Source: Octopus vulgaris
Taxonomy: Eukaryota
Direction of reading: 5' to 3'
DNA: 64,000 nucleotides
Assembly: GCA_951406725.2 (NCBI GenBank)
Contig: OX597817.1
Span: 105,338,001-105,402,000, forward strand
In this document: in pieces, positions 13,330 through 26,410 of the stretch
How positions within the stretch are numbered: the stretch's first letter is position 1
Layout of the letters: every line of letters begins with the position of its first letter
The notes under the pieces: generated by a model
What the model was told of the DNA's origin: nothing
Seen by the model: only the letters and a program-made list of their open reading frames with translations
Databases searched by the model: none
Program-made: the position numbers and the translations under genes

Positions 13330-13875
13330 AGTACATGGAACATGAATTATTCTTTCGGACAACGAAAGACACAAATAGAAAACTACACAAACATAAAGAA
13401 CGACCCTTCATCAGTCGTTGGCTGTTTCTCTAGTCTCGTATTTCGTGCATTTAACAACAATACACGCTTTCGATAAAACAGTTGCTCCCGCAAAGCAAAT
13501 TAAATAAAATTTGGGATTTTGAGGAGGGTCAAAATAGGTAACACAAACAGGACAGTGAAAACAAACGGGAAGGGCAGCTAAGCCAAAACGAGGTTGTAAC
13601 GAACGCGTAAATCAGGCCAGGACAGGAGACAAACAAGAACACGTCTTCCATGTTCAAGCTACAACGGAGAGAAAGAAAGATGGCCGATGGTCATATGGGA
13701 GCCATGTGGCCAAGGGAGGAGGAGTTAGGGAGAGAGAGTGACAGAGTAATAGGATAGAATAGTGGGCGAAGAGGAGGTAAAAGAATAAGAGAGAGAAAAA
13801 CGGAAGAGTAAAAAGATCGTATAGAGTGTGCATCAGAGTTAAGATAAAATTTATTTGGAAGATGATGTGTAGCGT
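13330..13875 (-). mobile_element. Penelope-like 3' tail / pseudo-LTR fragment
   Basis: Pyrimidine-rich sense strand ending in microsatellite; carries hammerhead core motifs. Confidence 0.5.
13399..13466 (-). ncRNA. Strand-order-inverted hammerhead-like motif, family B
   Basis: cgtgT-A-ttgttg-tta-aatgcac-GAA-Atacg-(16 nt)-caacga-CTGATGA-agg-gtcgtt. Confidence 0.55.
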
Positions 13876-13899
13876 TCAATCATATAATAATAATATAAG

Positions 13900-14248
<349 letters not shown>

Positions 14249-14490
14249 TTATGTACGCTAGTAGCTCTCCGGAGTAATTTTGGGTAATATTTTTCGGATA
14301 TACTGTTCCCTCTAATTTTTCTTTCGCCTTGTGGATGAGGGCAGAAATTTGTACCGTGTGCAAATTTTACCTTTCTTTGCAAAGTATGAACGCATCCCTA
14401 TGAGTAACCATCACTCAAATTTCTTCAATTAAAAAATATCCGATTTCATTTCGTAAACTTTCTGTGCGTGCGCACAAGCATACAGCTTAA

Positions 14491-14715
14491 AGTAATGGTT
14501 CTTAACCATTTTTTGCCTATGGATCCATTGGGTTCCTATTTTACTTCAATAGCCATTCAATATTTTAAAAATCCTATTATATTTTTATAATTTCATATCA
14601 TTAGGAACTGTATAAAAAATTAAAGCATTTTGTTTATTGTAGATGCTTAACCGATTTATTACACATAAAACTTAATAAGAAATCTTACATGGACCTCCAA
14701 GTTTGAGAATCACAA
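14491..14715. mobile_element. Degenerate hAT/Charlie-like MITE
   Basis: Imperfect TIRs gtaatggttcttaacc / gtttgagaatcac. Confidence 0.4.
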
Positions 14716-14729
14716 AACACATTTCTTTT

Positions 14730-14963
14730 AATCTTTTACTTGTTTCAGCCATTAGATTGCGGTCACGCTGGGGTACCACCTTGCAGAATTTTCAGTCGAA
14801 TGAATCGACCCCAGTACTATTTTTTAAAGCCTAGTACTTATTCTATCGGTCACTTAGGCCGAATCGCTAAGGTACGAGGACGAAAACATACCATCACCAG
14901 TAGTCAAGCGGTGGAAGCGGGCGACGACCACAGATACAAAGACACACACACACACACACACAC

Positions 14964-15001
<38 letters not shown>

Positions 15002-15160
15002 TCGACGGGCTTCTTTAAGTTTCCTTCTCCCAAATCCACTCACAAGGCTTTGGTTGGCCCAAGGCTATAGTAAAAGATGATAACCCAAGGTGCCGCGCAG
15101 TGGGATTGAACCTGAAACCATGTGGTTGGGAAGCAAGCTTCTTACCATACAGCCAGGTGC
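14730..15160 (-). mobile_element. SINE family 2
   Basis: Reverse complement of the 21712 family. Confidence 0.8.
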
Positions 15161-15575
15161 GTGAGATAAAAATTATCACGAAAGTCAAAGAAATAGCAGT
15201 TAAATTTCCCTCAAGTCAATCCCACCACTTTTCTTAGCTTGTTTTTAAAATGGGGTTGTTATAGCATGTATATTTTTGAGCCCAGGTTGATTCGTTCAAG
15301 TCTGACCCTGGGATTAATCAATAATAACAACCGCCAAGTTCTAAAATGGAGTTAGAAGCAATTAGGGAAGTTAAATTCATGCAAAAGAAGAATTAATATT
15401 TTCCTAAATTATTAATATATAAATCTATACTTATAAACAACCCGATAAGTGTCAGAACTGCTGACGATTATCTGTCTAAATAAATACATAATTAAACAAA
15501 TAAAATAAATAACAAACTCACACACATACAACCGAGCGTGACTGTTAAACAGCTGGTATTATAGTGGCAAATAAA

Positions 15576-15650
<75 letters not shown>

Positions 15651-16007
15651 TATACGCAGCAACCGCAGCAGCAGCAGTTGGGAGTTAACGTTGCTATGGA
15701 AACCTAATCTCATCCTATTGGATAAATTGAACATGAAGTAAATATGGAGATTATAAAATCTACATAACAGTCTTAATTGGTATTACAGGTGAGAATTTGA
15801 TATTACTGTAAGTAGTCGAGATGACAGTCCAATACAGCTGTATTATGCATACATGGCTGCAGAACCGAGTTCGATTCCGTTGTGTTGCACCTTGGCTCCG
15901 TGTTTCCTTCTATTATAGCTGCGATCTGTCCAATAGAATACCTCATAAGAAGAATTTGGTAGACAGAAACAAGAGTAGCTTGTCATCGTGTATGTGTGTG
16001 TGTGTGT

Positions 16008-16047
<40 letters not shown>

Positions 16048-16356
16048 GTGTGTACATTCACACAGGTCTAAAATCGGTGTTTTTTTCATTTGCTCTTTCT
16101 TTCGTGTAGCTCAGCTTTCAACAATATATAATTTGTATGTATGTATAAGGCGGCGAACTAGCAGGATCATTACCGCGTAGGCCGAAATGCTTAGCAGCAT
16201 TTCGTCCGACTTTACATTCTGAGTTCAAATTCCGCCGAGGCTGACTGCATTTCATCCCTTTCGGAGTCGATAAAATAAGTACCAGTTGAACAATGGAGTC
16301 AATCTAATCGCCTTACTCCCTCTCCCAAATTGCTGGCCTTGTGCCAAAATTTGAAA

Positions 16357-16391
<35 letters not shown>

Positions 16392-16549
16392 CCATCTGAA
16401 TGTGGCTAGGGACAGGGCGGGGTGGTGGGTGTGTTACTGATGCATTTAGCCCCAGGCGATCATCGACGTCACCAGAAGGACTGACACCATCATGGTGTCC
16501 TTGCCAGCCTGCAAAGGGAGATCAGCCTTCCCGAAGATACGGATACTAC

Positions 16550-16590
16550 ATACGGACCGGTTTCGAGGTAATTGCCTCTTATCAACGCAT
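16550..16590 (-). ncRNA. Minimal type I hammerhead, U3-A8 variant, GUC site
   Basis: atgcg-TTGATAA-GAGG caatta CCTC-GAA-ACCGGT-C-cgtat. Confidence 0.85.
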
Positions 16591-16908
16591 GGTAAGCACC
16601 GTTCTTCGTTGAGGGACTCCCTCTACAGGCTGGATATATATGGATTTTCACAGTAAACACATTTACTGATGTAGAAAAACCGTTCGATAACAATAATAAA
16701 TCTCTAAGCGAGATATAAACAGTAACTGCTCTATAACATAGGGGGATCAGCCATCTGAATGTGGCTAGGGACAGAGCGGGGTGGTGGGTGTGTTACTGAT
16801 GCATTTAGCCCCAGGCGATCATCGACGTCATCAGAAGGGCTGACACCATCACGGTGTCCTTGCCAGCCTGCAAAGGGAGATCAGCCTCCCCGAAGATACG
16901 GATACTAC

Positions 16909-16949
16909 ATACGGACCGGTTTCGAGGTAATTGCCTCTTATCAACGCAT
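16909..16949 (-). ncRNA. Minimal type I hammerhead, second identical copy
   Basis: Identical to 16550-16590, offset 359 bp. Confidence 0.85.
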
Positions 16950-17169
16950 GGTAAGCACCGTTCTTCGTTGAGGGACTCCCTCTACAGGCTGGATATATAT
17001 GGATTTTCACAGTAAACACATTCTTTACATTCTGAGTTCAAATTCCGCCGAGGCTGACTGCATTTCATCCCTTTCGGAGTCGATAAAATAAGTACCAGTC
17101 GAACACTGGGGTTAATCTAATCGCCTTACTCCCTCTCCCAAATTGCTGGCCTTGTGCCAAAATTTGAAA

Positions 17170-17228
<59 letters not shown>

Positions 17229-17257
17229 CATTGATATATATATATATATATATATAA

Positions 17258-18822
17258 AACTCATTGATTTTAAAAACCTAATCAACAGTGTCAACAACCA
17301 TATCCAATTTACAATGGAATATAGTCAAGACCAACTTCCTTTTCTTGACATTCTTATTATAAAAAAAGGCACCAACATTGAAACAGATATCCACTACAAA
17401 CCGACTGATTTCAAACAATACCTTCTGTTCACCTCCAATCACCCAAAGTACACGAAGACATACATCCCCTTCAACCTAGTGAGAAGAATCTGTACGATTG
17501 TCTCAAACTATAGTACACGAAATAAAAGACCCCAAGAACTAAAGGCAATTCTTCTCGAAAGACATTACCCAGCATCATTTGTTGACAATGGAATAGAACG
17601 GGCCAAGACAATTGCTACCCAAGACTTACGAAAACCAAAACACACTCACGGTACATTAAATAGTCTCCCATATCTCTCAACATACAATCCAAGAAATGCA
17701 GGAGCTTACACAATTATATACAAGAACATCCCACAGCTGAGTCAAGACTCACGTCTAAAAAAAATACTCTCAACCCATAAAATAATAAAAAGCAAAAGAC
17801 AACCCAAATCCCTAACAAACCTACTCACCAATGCAAAATTTCCCAATAGAAGCCCACCGCCCACTGTCAAAAAATGTGGTCGTTCCAACTGCAGGGTTTG
17901 CATCCACCTCATTGAAGGAACAATATACAAATTCCAGTCGGGACACACTTTTATCATAAAAAAATAACTTCACCTGCGCATCAAAGAATTTACTTTATGC
18001 CATAAGGTGTGAAGAGTGCCACAAAGATTACATAGAGCAAACGACCCTTACCCTCAGAGAAAGGATGACAGTCCGCTGCCAACAATTGAGGGATCCAGCC
18101 ACAAGACAGATACCACTTAGTGGGCACTTAGATCTCTCTGCACAAGTACCCCCAAATTCCTAGTTTTTCCACTATACCAATGTCCGGACAACACCACTGA
18201 CTAAACACGAATAAATAGGGAAAATAATCTTATTGAAAAATACAGACTACAACTCTAACATACCCCCCCCAGGTACACACACAAACACATACAGATGTCC
18301 AAAATCACGCAAACTCAAATACAATGCAAACCACCCACGCAAACACACACACACGCACAAACACAATATCCCCACACATATTCCAAGAAAAAACACATAT
18401 ATACACTTGCAATACGATTCTAGCAACCATAACCAACTCTCACACACACATACACACATACGTAAACACGAACATGCCCACACCTACACGCACCACCCTG
18501 ACAATCACAAATCACATTCACACAAACACACTCACACATACACAGATATACACACATACACGCAAATACAACCCCACACACATATATGCACACATATGTA
18601 CACACACACACACAAACAATACGCCCGTTTCCCAGTAAAAAATCACATACACACTCAAAAATTAAAAAAACATACATATACACACAATACAATCCACAAT
18701 CTCAACAAACACTCACAAACACACAGACATGCACACACACAAAAGCATGCATACAATGACACACACCTCTCAGACAAATACAAGACACATAGATACACTC
18801 ACACCCTGACAAATACTAATCA

Positions 18823-18862
<40 letters not shown>

Positions 18863-19155
18863 TGCACACATATACTCACACCATTCTACCAAATATGAAA
18901 CACAAGCACATGTATATATACACATACACATAGAGATGTGCACAGAAACATACACACTCACACCATTCTGACCTCTAAGACCAATTCCCCAAACCACTGA
19001 ACCATGACAGACTAGCCTAGAAATAAAAAAAATCCGTTTAATTCCACATTGCTCTGCCTCCACCCACTCCCTTCCAACCTCCCACACTATCCCTCAAGAT
19101 AGCAAACATTCCTTAGCTACACACATGAGAAAATGTCAGAAAGGTCAGTTATTCC
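17258..19155 (+). mobile_element. 5'-truncated Penelope-like element (RT thumb + Cys linker + GIY-YIG remnant, coding ~17262-18258) with AC-rich tail
   Basis: IQFTMEYSQDQLPFLDI, IHYKPTD, KCGRSNCRVC, then frameshifted FTCASKNLLYAIRCEECHKDYIEQT; internal stops. Confidence 0.9.
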
Positions 19156-19193
19156 TCTACAATTTTTTGTAAATTCTTAAATATATCTCCTTC

Positions 19194-19233
<40 letters not shown>

Positions 19234-19259
19234 CTACCAAACAAACATAATTTTTATTG

Positions 19260-20268
19260 AAGTCTACTTTTTGGAGTCCCATTCTGATTACTTTCTCAAA
19301 TACTTTCTTGTAAACTATTTTTAACATTTTCTTATTATTATCAAAGAATGTGTCTCTGTATTTTAATACTTTTGTGACAACCAGTACATAACACAACAAA
19401 GCTTATACAAGGCTTAACATTTTACTTTTGACAATCTTTTTCTAAAAATGTGAGACCGGTCAAGTGAATAAACATCTTCTTTCGTATATATTGCTTCCCA
19501 ACCTAATGGTTCCGGATTCAGTCCCACTGCGTGACACCTTGAGTAAGTATCTTCAACTATAGCCTCGGGCCGGCCAAAGCCCGTGTTGGTAGGTATTTGC
19601 GACAATGTACAGTAATTTAAATTCTGAACTTCACGAGCGATAATTGAGCGAAGGGCATCACAAGATGAAATAGATTTTACTTTAATATTTGAAACTATTA
19701 TCCTTGCATTTACCACATCAGTAGTTGAATCGTGATTATGAATCGCAATCTTCTTAAGCACTATATAATTTTTATCTGTATGAAGTTTCGCCTTGCACAC
19801 ACGATTTTCGCACCTCCAGTATATCTTCAATCCATCTGCATTCTGCTTATTATTATTATTATTATTTTTTTTTTTTGTGTATATATAATTTTCTTGATCG
19901 ACCACTTTGGTTTTTCCTTTCTCTGAAGTTATGATCTTACAGGTAGACATGTTGATGAGTAGATGCATTGAATAAATTTAATTCGAATTGCTTGAAAATC
20001 TTTATTCGTAAACTGTTCAGCGCAGATACTTGAGAGAGGGAGGGGCAGGGCGTTAAAGAATGGAAAAAATATCTAAAACAGTCCAACGACATATTTAATT
20101 CTAAAATGATTGTTCTAAACTTTCCCTCGACAGTCACATTTAAGAATATTTTGGGACGAATTGGCTAGCGACAAATTGACTTAAGGATGAATTATTCAAC
20201 GACGAATTGACCGGGGACAAATTAACCAGCGACGAAGTGACCGGGGACGAATTGTCCTAGCACCATCC
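19260..20268 (-). mobile_element. MULE-type transposon 5' remnant with FLYWCH zinc finger and 15-bp terminal repeat array (20153-20258); SINE fragment at 19493-19583
   Basis: MSTCKIITSEKGK...IYWRCENRVCKAKLHT...IHNH fits the FLYWCH pattern; repeats gacgaattgaccggg. Confidence 0.75.
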
Positions 20269-21711
20269 TATAGCTATTTTTGGTAGTTATCACAATGTGA
20301 ATTTGCTACTAAACTAATTAATATCAATTGTGACTTTTGAACCTATTGATAAATGCATTGTTTTACTATTAATGCGGCACAAAAGGGCGATAGACAGACG
20401 AAATCGTTAGAGCACCGGAGATTATTTAGCTACAAACCTTTAGGTTCTGAATTCAAATCCTTCCAAGTTGTCATCTTTGTTTTTAACCTTTCTGGAGTAA
20501 ATAAAAATTAGAACTGAATATTAATGCTATTCTGAAAAACAATAAATAAAGCTGATCATCTGTTGATAGTTTACTCTCGTAACTTAAAGGTCAAGTAATT
20601 GAGTTTATTTATTTGCACGAGTGCGTGCACAGGAATAAATAGTTATAATAATGATTCAGATTTTAGAACAAGGTCAGCAATTTTAGGAGAAGGAATAAGT
20701 CGATTACATCCAACTCGGGGATCAACTGGTGCTTATTTTATCGAACTCAAAAGAACGAAAAGCAAAGCCGATAGTAAAGAACCGAAAGATATGCCTCTAA
20801 GTATTTTGACCAGTGTGAAAACGATTCCGCCAACACGCCGCCTTACATATAGTAATAATAGCCCTTTCAACGAAGGGCACAAGGCTCGAAATTTTGTAGG
20901 GAGGGATTTTGTCGATTACATTGACCCCCTTGGCTCAATTAGTACTTATTTCAATTACCTCAAAAGGCTGAAAAGCGATGTCGACATCGGTTAAATTTGA
21001 ACTCAGAACGTAAAGCCAGAAGACACGCTGTTATGCTTTTTGTCCGGTATGCTAACGATTCTGCCAGCTAGAAATAGCAATAATAATGCTGTGAAAATGG
21101 CAAAAAAAAAAAATTAATCGAACAAAAGTAAATGAACGAGATTTCTTTACAGAATAAAGCTTGAGGCCACACAATGAACGGATAGTTTAACAAGCCAGCG
21201 AGAGAACATCTAAACAGTCAAGCGATCTGTTTAAAATAGCAACTAAACTTCCTTCAAATCGCATTCAACCCTCAGAAGCGAAGAACAACAATTTAGGTAA
21301 TGTATTCCTACACATTTCTAACATGATGAATTGGTCGTGGTTGGAATGACTCTGACCATAAGTTTACTCCATCATTACTGGGTGAGGGCTGAATAACAAT
21401 GACAACTATCTAATGGTGTAAGATAAACGGTATAACATTAAGAAAGATTGGGCAATGATGAAATGGTGGATACGAATAGTGTTATGCAAGGTTTTATATT
21501 TGAGGGAAGGGAACAATCGATTACATCGATCAAATACTTGACTGGTACTTCAAATTTATCAACTCCGGAAGCATTAATGGCTATGATGATTTCATCAGAG
21601 TTTGAACTCAGAAAGTAAGGAGCCGAAACAAATACTGGAAAGCTTTTATGTCCAACATTCTAAAAGTAGATACTGTTAATCTACCGTCCCTGCAGTACTT
21701 TATATGAATGT

Positions 21712-22315
<604 letters not shown>

Positions 22316-22357
22316 AAAAAAGAGAAAAAAGAGTATAATACTGCAGCATTATTAAAC

Positions 22358-22455
<98 letters not shown>

Positions 22456-22781
22456 CATATTGAAAGACTTCAGACAAAGAACATGCCTCCTCATTGATAT
22501 GACTGTCCCAATCGATATAAACGTATCTGTCAAGACCTCCCAAAAACTGAGCAAATATAAAGATCTTGAAATAGAAATCAGCAAAATGTGGAAGCTGAAG
22601 ACTAAAACAATACCTGTTGTCATAGGTGCCCTGGGAATGATAGCGAAAGGGACTAATTGCTACCTAACTCAGATACCAGGAAACCCCAAAATGGCAGAAA
22701 TTCAAAAGATAGTGCTCATGGGAACTGCTCATATCCTACGCAAAATACTCTCTATGTAATCCGAAGGTTTAAAACAAACTT

Positions 22782-22812
<31 letters not shown>

Positions 22813-23002
22813 TTTTATTTTATTTTATTTTATTTTATTTTTTTTAAAATTTTATTTTTATGTATTAGACATTCACTAGTACAACACAAAAAAAAAAAAA
22901 AACCAAATATATGGCACAGAACTTCCAACCTGTTGTCTCTTGAGGTCTCTGGGTGAGACTTGGAGCCAACTTGTACAGACATAAAGCAAAAGTCAAACAT
23001 AG
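22456..23002 (+). mobile_element. 3' fragment of an R4/Dong-clade LINE (restriction-like endonuclease C-terminus + 3'UTR) inserted in (TAA)n
   Basis: CLLIDMTVPIDINVSVKTSQKLSKYKDLEIEISKMWKLKTKTIPVVIGALG...GTAHILRKIL*; (TAA)n on both sides. Confidence 0.85.
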
Positions 23003-23045
23003 AATAATAATAATAATAATAATAATAATGATGATAATAATAATG

Positions 23046-23096
<51 letters not shown>

Positions 23097-23665
23097 TTAA
23101 TAATAATAATAATATCCTTAGTGAATATCATGGTTGTTTATGTTCTGTGTTTTGTTCAAATATTTAAAGTCTGCAGAATTTGTTTTGCAGATTAATTATA
23201 CTTAAGGAGCAATTAACCTTATGGAAGATATGGGGCTAGTGTAAGAAGCTTAAAATTACAAAAGTGAATATATCAGTTGATACCAAAATATTAAAGTCAA
23301 CGGATGGCATTAAAATTGCTGACTAGCGAGTGACAAGCTGACTATAATGTTTAGTGGCTGACAATTACTTTTGAATGCTGTGCAAATTCTAAAAGCTTAA
23401 ACCTACGTTCACGTAATATAAATTATCTCAAAATGAATAGTTATATCTCTGAAGTTGGAGCTGTGGAACTACTACGCTACATTAATGTATATTCAGAAAA
23501 ATAAGCACTAACACATTGTTATGCTCAAGAGCATCTTAATTAATCCAGACTCTCTCTTACGCCATCAGTTAGTTGTCATTGTTAGTTAGCCCTCACTCAG
23601 TAATGATAGAGTAAACTTATGGTCAAAGTCATTCCAGCCACGACCAATTCATAGTGTGTAGGAGT

Positions 23666-23720
<55 letters not shown>

Positions 23721-24199
23721 AAACAGTGTAATATTGTCTAAATATTCTCAAGACAGGAGGAGATGACAACTCAAAATCTCAAATAATCAAAATAGGTTCA
23801 CAATACCGAACTCTCAGTAAATTAAAATTAGAAGCAGGAACGTGATGAGTGAAAAAGAAAACATTAGAAAAATCGCTAATATTGAATCAGTTTGGTATTT
23901 GAAAATCATAAAGACAACTCCGCACATATTTTGGTCTTATTGGACCTCATCAATTGAGTATAGTCTTTACCATGCTTGCGAGTTTCGTAATAATGATTTC
24001 TAATTTAGGTACATGGCCAGCCGTTTTGAGAAGATGGGGATAAGTATATGCTAACGACTCCAGTTCTCGAATGGCTCTTTATTATATGGAACCCGGAGAG
24101 ATGAAAGGCAAAGCTGAATTCAGCTGGATTTGAACGCAGTTCCGTAATAAAATTATTTTTATGTACAATAAGGCAGTGAAAACAGAGAAACAGAACGGC

Positions 24200-24580
24200 A
24201 CACGTCGCTTTCGATAACTGGACGAATCAGGACTAATTTAAGCGACTTTGGGTGGTCATTCATATTATTCATCAAGGAGTATTTCTCACCAGGGTTTCTC
24301 TGAGTCGGAGGAACGATGCAACCGGCTGCAAGGGTTACTAAGAGAGTCAGCAATGCTCGACTGAAAACCATGGCTTTTCTCCACTTGTAGACCATTGATT
24401 CCTTGTTGAATTTACCCATCCTTATACATAGGTGTTGTTTTCCCTACCATCCTCCGCACAGTAAGGAGTGATCCTAGAAGATTATTTCCGGTTTAGTCAC
24501 CGATGGCCCAACCATGAAATAAGTAATACTGGTTTGCATGATTACTTGAGCAGACCGGTTTTGATTGCCCCTGACGTAGA
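24200..24580 (-). mobile_element. Non-coding element sharing a 5' structured block with 6001-6555
   Basis: catggttgggccatcggtgactaaaccgg vs catggtcgggtcgtcggtgactaaaccgg. Confidence 0.45.
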
Positions 24581-24666
24581 TGCAACATAGTGACAGAGGA
24601 AAAATACGCTGTCCGAGTTGAAAACAATTAGCAAAGGTGTTAACATTTAATATAACTTGTAAGATA

Positions 24667-24837
24667 CCATATTTCCCGGCATACAAGTCGACGTAGAATA
24701 AACATTAGCACTATCTTTCTAAAGCCTGTTGCATTTCACATGGATTTTCTGGTCTTCCAAAGGCGTCTTGGTTAATATATAAATTTTGGCTCTAAATTTT
24801 GGTCTGGGAAATTCGACATTTATGCTGGAAAATACGG
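24667..24837. mobile_element. Tc1/pogo-type MITE, TA target duplication
   Basis: TA-ccatatttcccggcatacaagtcga ... tcgacatttatgctggaaaatacgg-TA. Confidence 0.7.
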
Positions 24838-26330
24838 TAACTAATTAATTAAGACCTTCTGTACATTGAAAAGATATTAACATTGGATCAATAATTAAAT
24901 CTGCTAAACACAGGCAGGGACAACACATTCAAATCTCAAATATTCAGCGTGGATTGACAATGCAGAAATCTCAATTAATATAACTTTGAAATAGGCATGT
25001 GAACATACAGGGATAGAAAACAAGCAAGAACACTGAACATGCGAGGATAAACATTACCAGATAGCTAATATTAAACTAATCCAATCTTAAGCAAATATGG
25101 GAAAAACTATAGGCATGTTTCAGTTTTAGATCGTTATTCCAAAGCACTATTGCATGTGGATATATGAAACTACTATTGATATTTAATATTTGAAAGCAAT
25201 ATTGCATACATCTAATACTTTAATAGCTGTGTATATATATATTATAGTGTTACACTAGATTAACATTACTTGTATCCATTCCAACAATATCCTGGTGCGT
25301 CGCATTAAACTCTTGTTGTGCTACAAATGCGCTCCGATCCTATGGCGTCTTTATTTCCGCTATGATGTCATATACTTTTAATGTCGTAATATGAAAAGCT
25401 TCTATTAATATAACAGTTCAAAACTCAATATATAACACATTTTACATTTTGCCTTGTAAAATCTTAGAAGACGCATGTACACGCACGTGCACTTGCACTT
25501 GCACACATACACACAGACAGAGCTACATAAAAGTTAAATATCGACATACAATCTTTTTAATAGATGTGCTGACTTCATTATATTTTGTTTTGCTATTCGC
25601 CATGTAACTACCCCCCAGCCGCTCTCCTGTCAATGATATTTGTTACTAATAATATATTACTTCCTCCATTGAGAGATGTGACGAATTCATTTTATATTAT
25701 TTGTTAAGACTGCTGCATATGTTCAAATCATTCTATATTCTACATGGTCGTATTCCGATTTAGAACTCTGCTCTTGCGTTTCCTTCTCTTCTTTTATTGC
25801 GTGTGATTTTCAGACTGAACATCAACAAATATGTTTAGTATTCTTTATTTACGTTGAAATACCAACGCTACAATCTATTCTGATGTTGTGCTGTGTAACG
25901 CGCGCGCAAAGAGCGTGGAGAAAGAAAAAAAAAAAAAAAAAGTATAAGCAAAAGTCATTTGAGATACGTTTCTACTGCAAGCAACGAAGACGAGAGCTAT
26001 GTTAAGGTTTACATTTCAAACGTTCTCTTGCATATCAACAAATACAAATATATGCAGAAGGGTGAATGAGAAATTTCTGGTAGAAAATACTTTTTTATAG
26101 TTTTCAATGTCGATGAAATAAATATAAAAATAAAGAAAAGGGGAGAATGGTCATTGACTGTTGTAATGAACACAATAGTGTAGTCGTCTGCAACCTACTC
26201 TAGTTTGTTTAGCTTCCACTTACTTTGGCTCATTCCCAACTCCTCTCGAAGAATCTACTCTATTGTTTGTTCGACTCTATTACTTTCACCTTTCCGATTA
26301 CTCTCCAATCACCAAAACATCTACACTTCT

Positions 26331-26410
<80 letters not shown>

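Larger units (their letters stand above)
16391..17022 (-). mobile_element. Retrozyme-like / pseudo-LTR tandem repeat, 359-bp period, ~1.75 units
   Basis: gccatctgaatgtggctaggg at 16391 and 16750; near-identical units, each with a hammerhead; no coding capacity evident. Confidence 0.8.
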
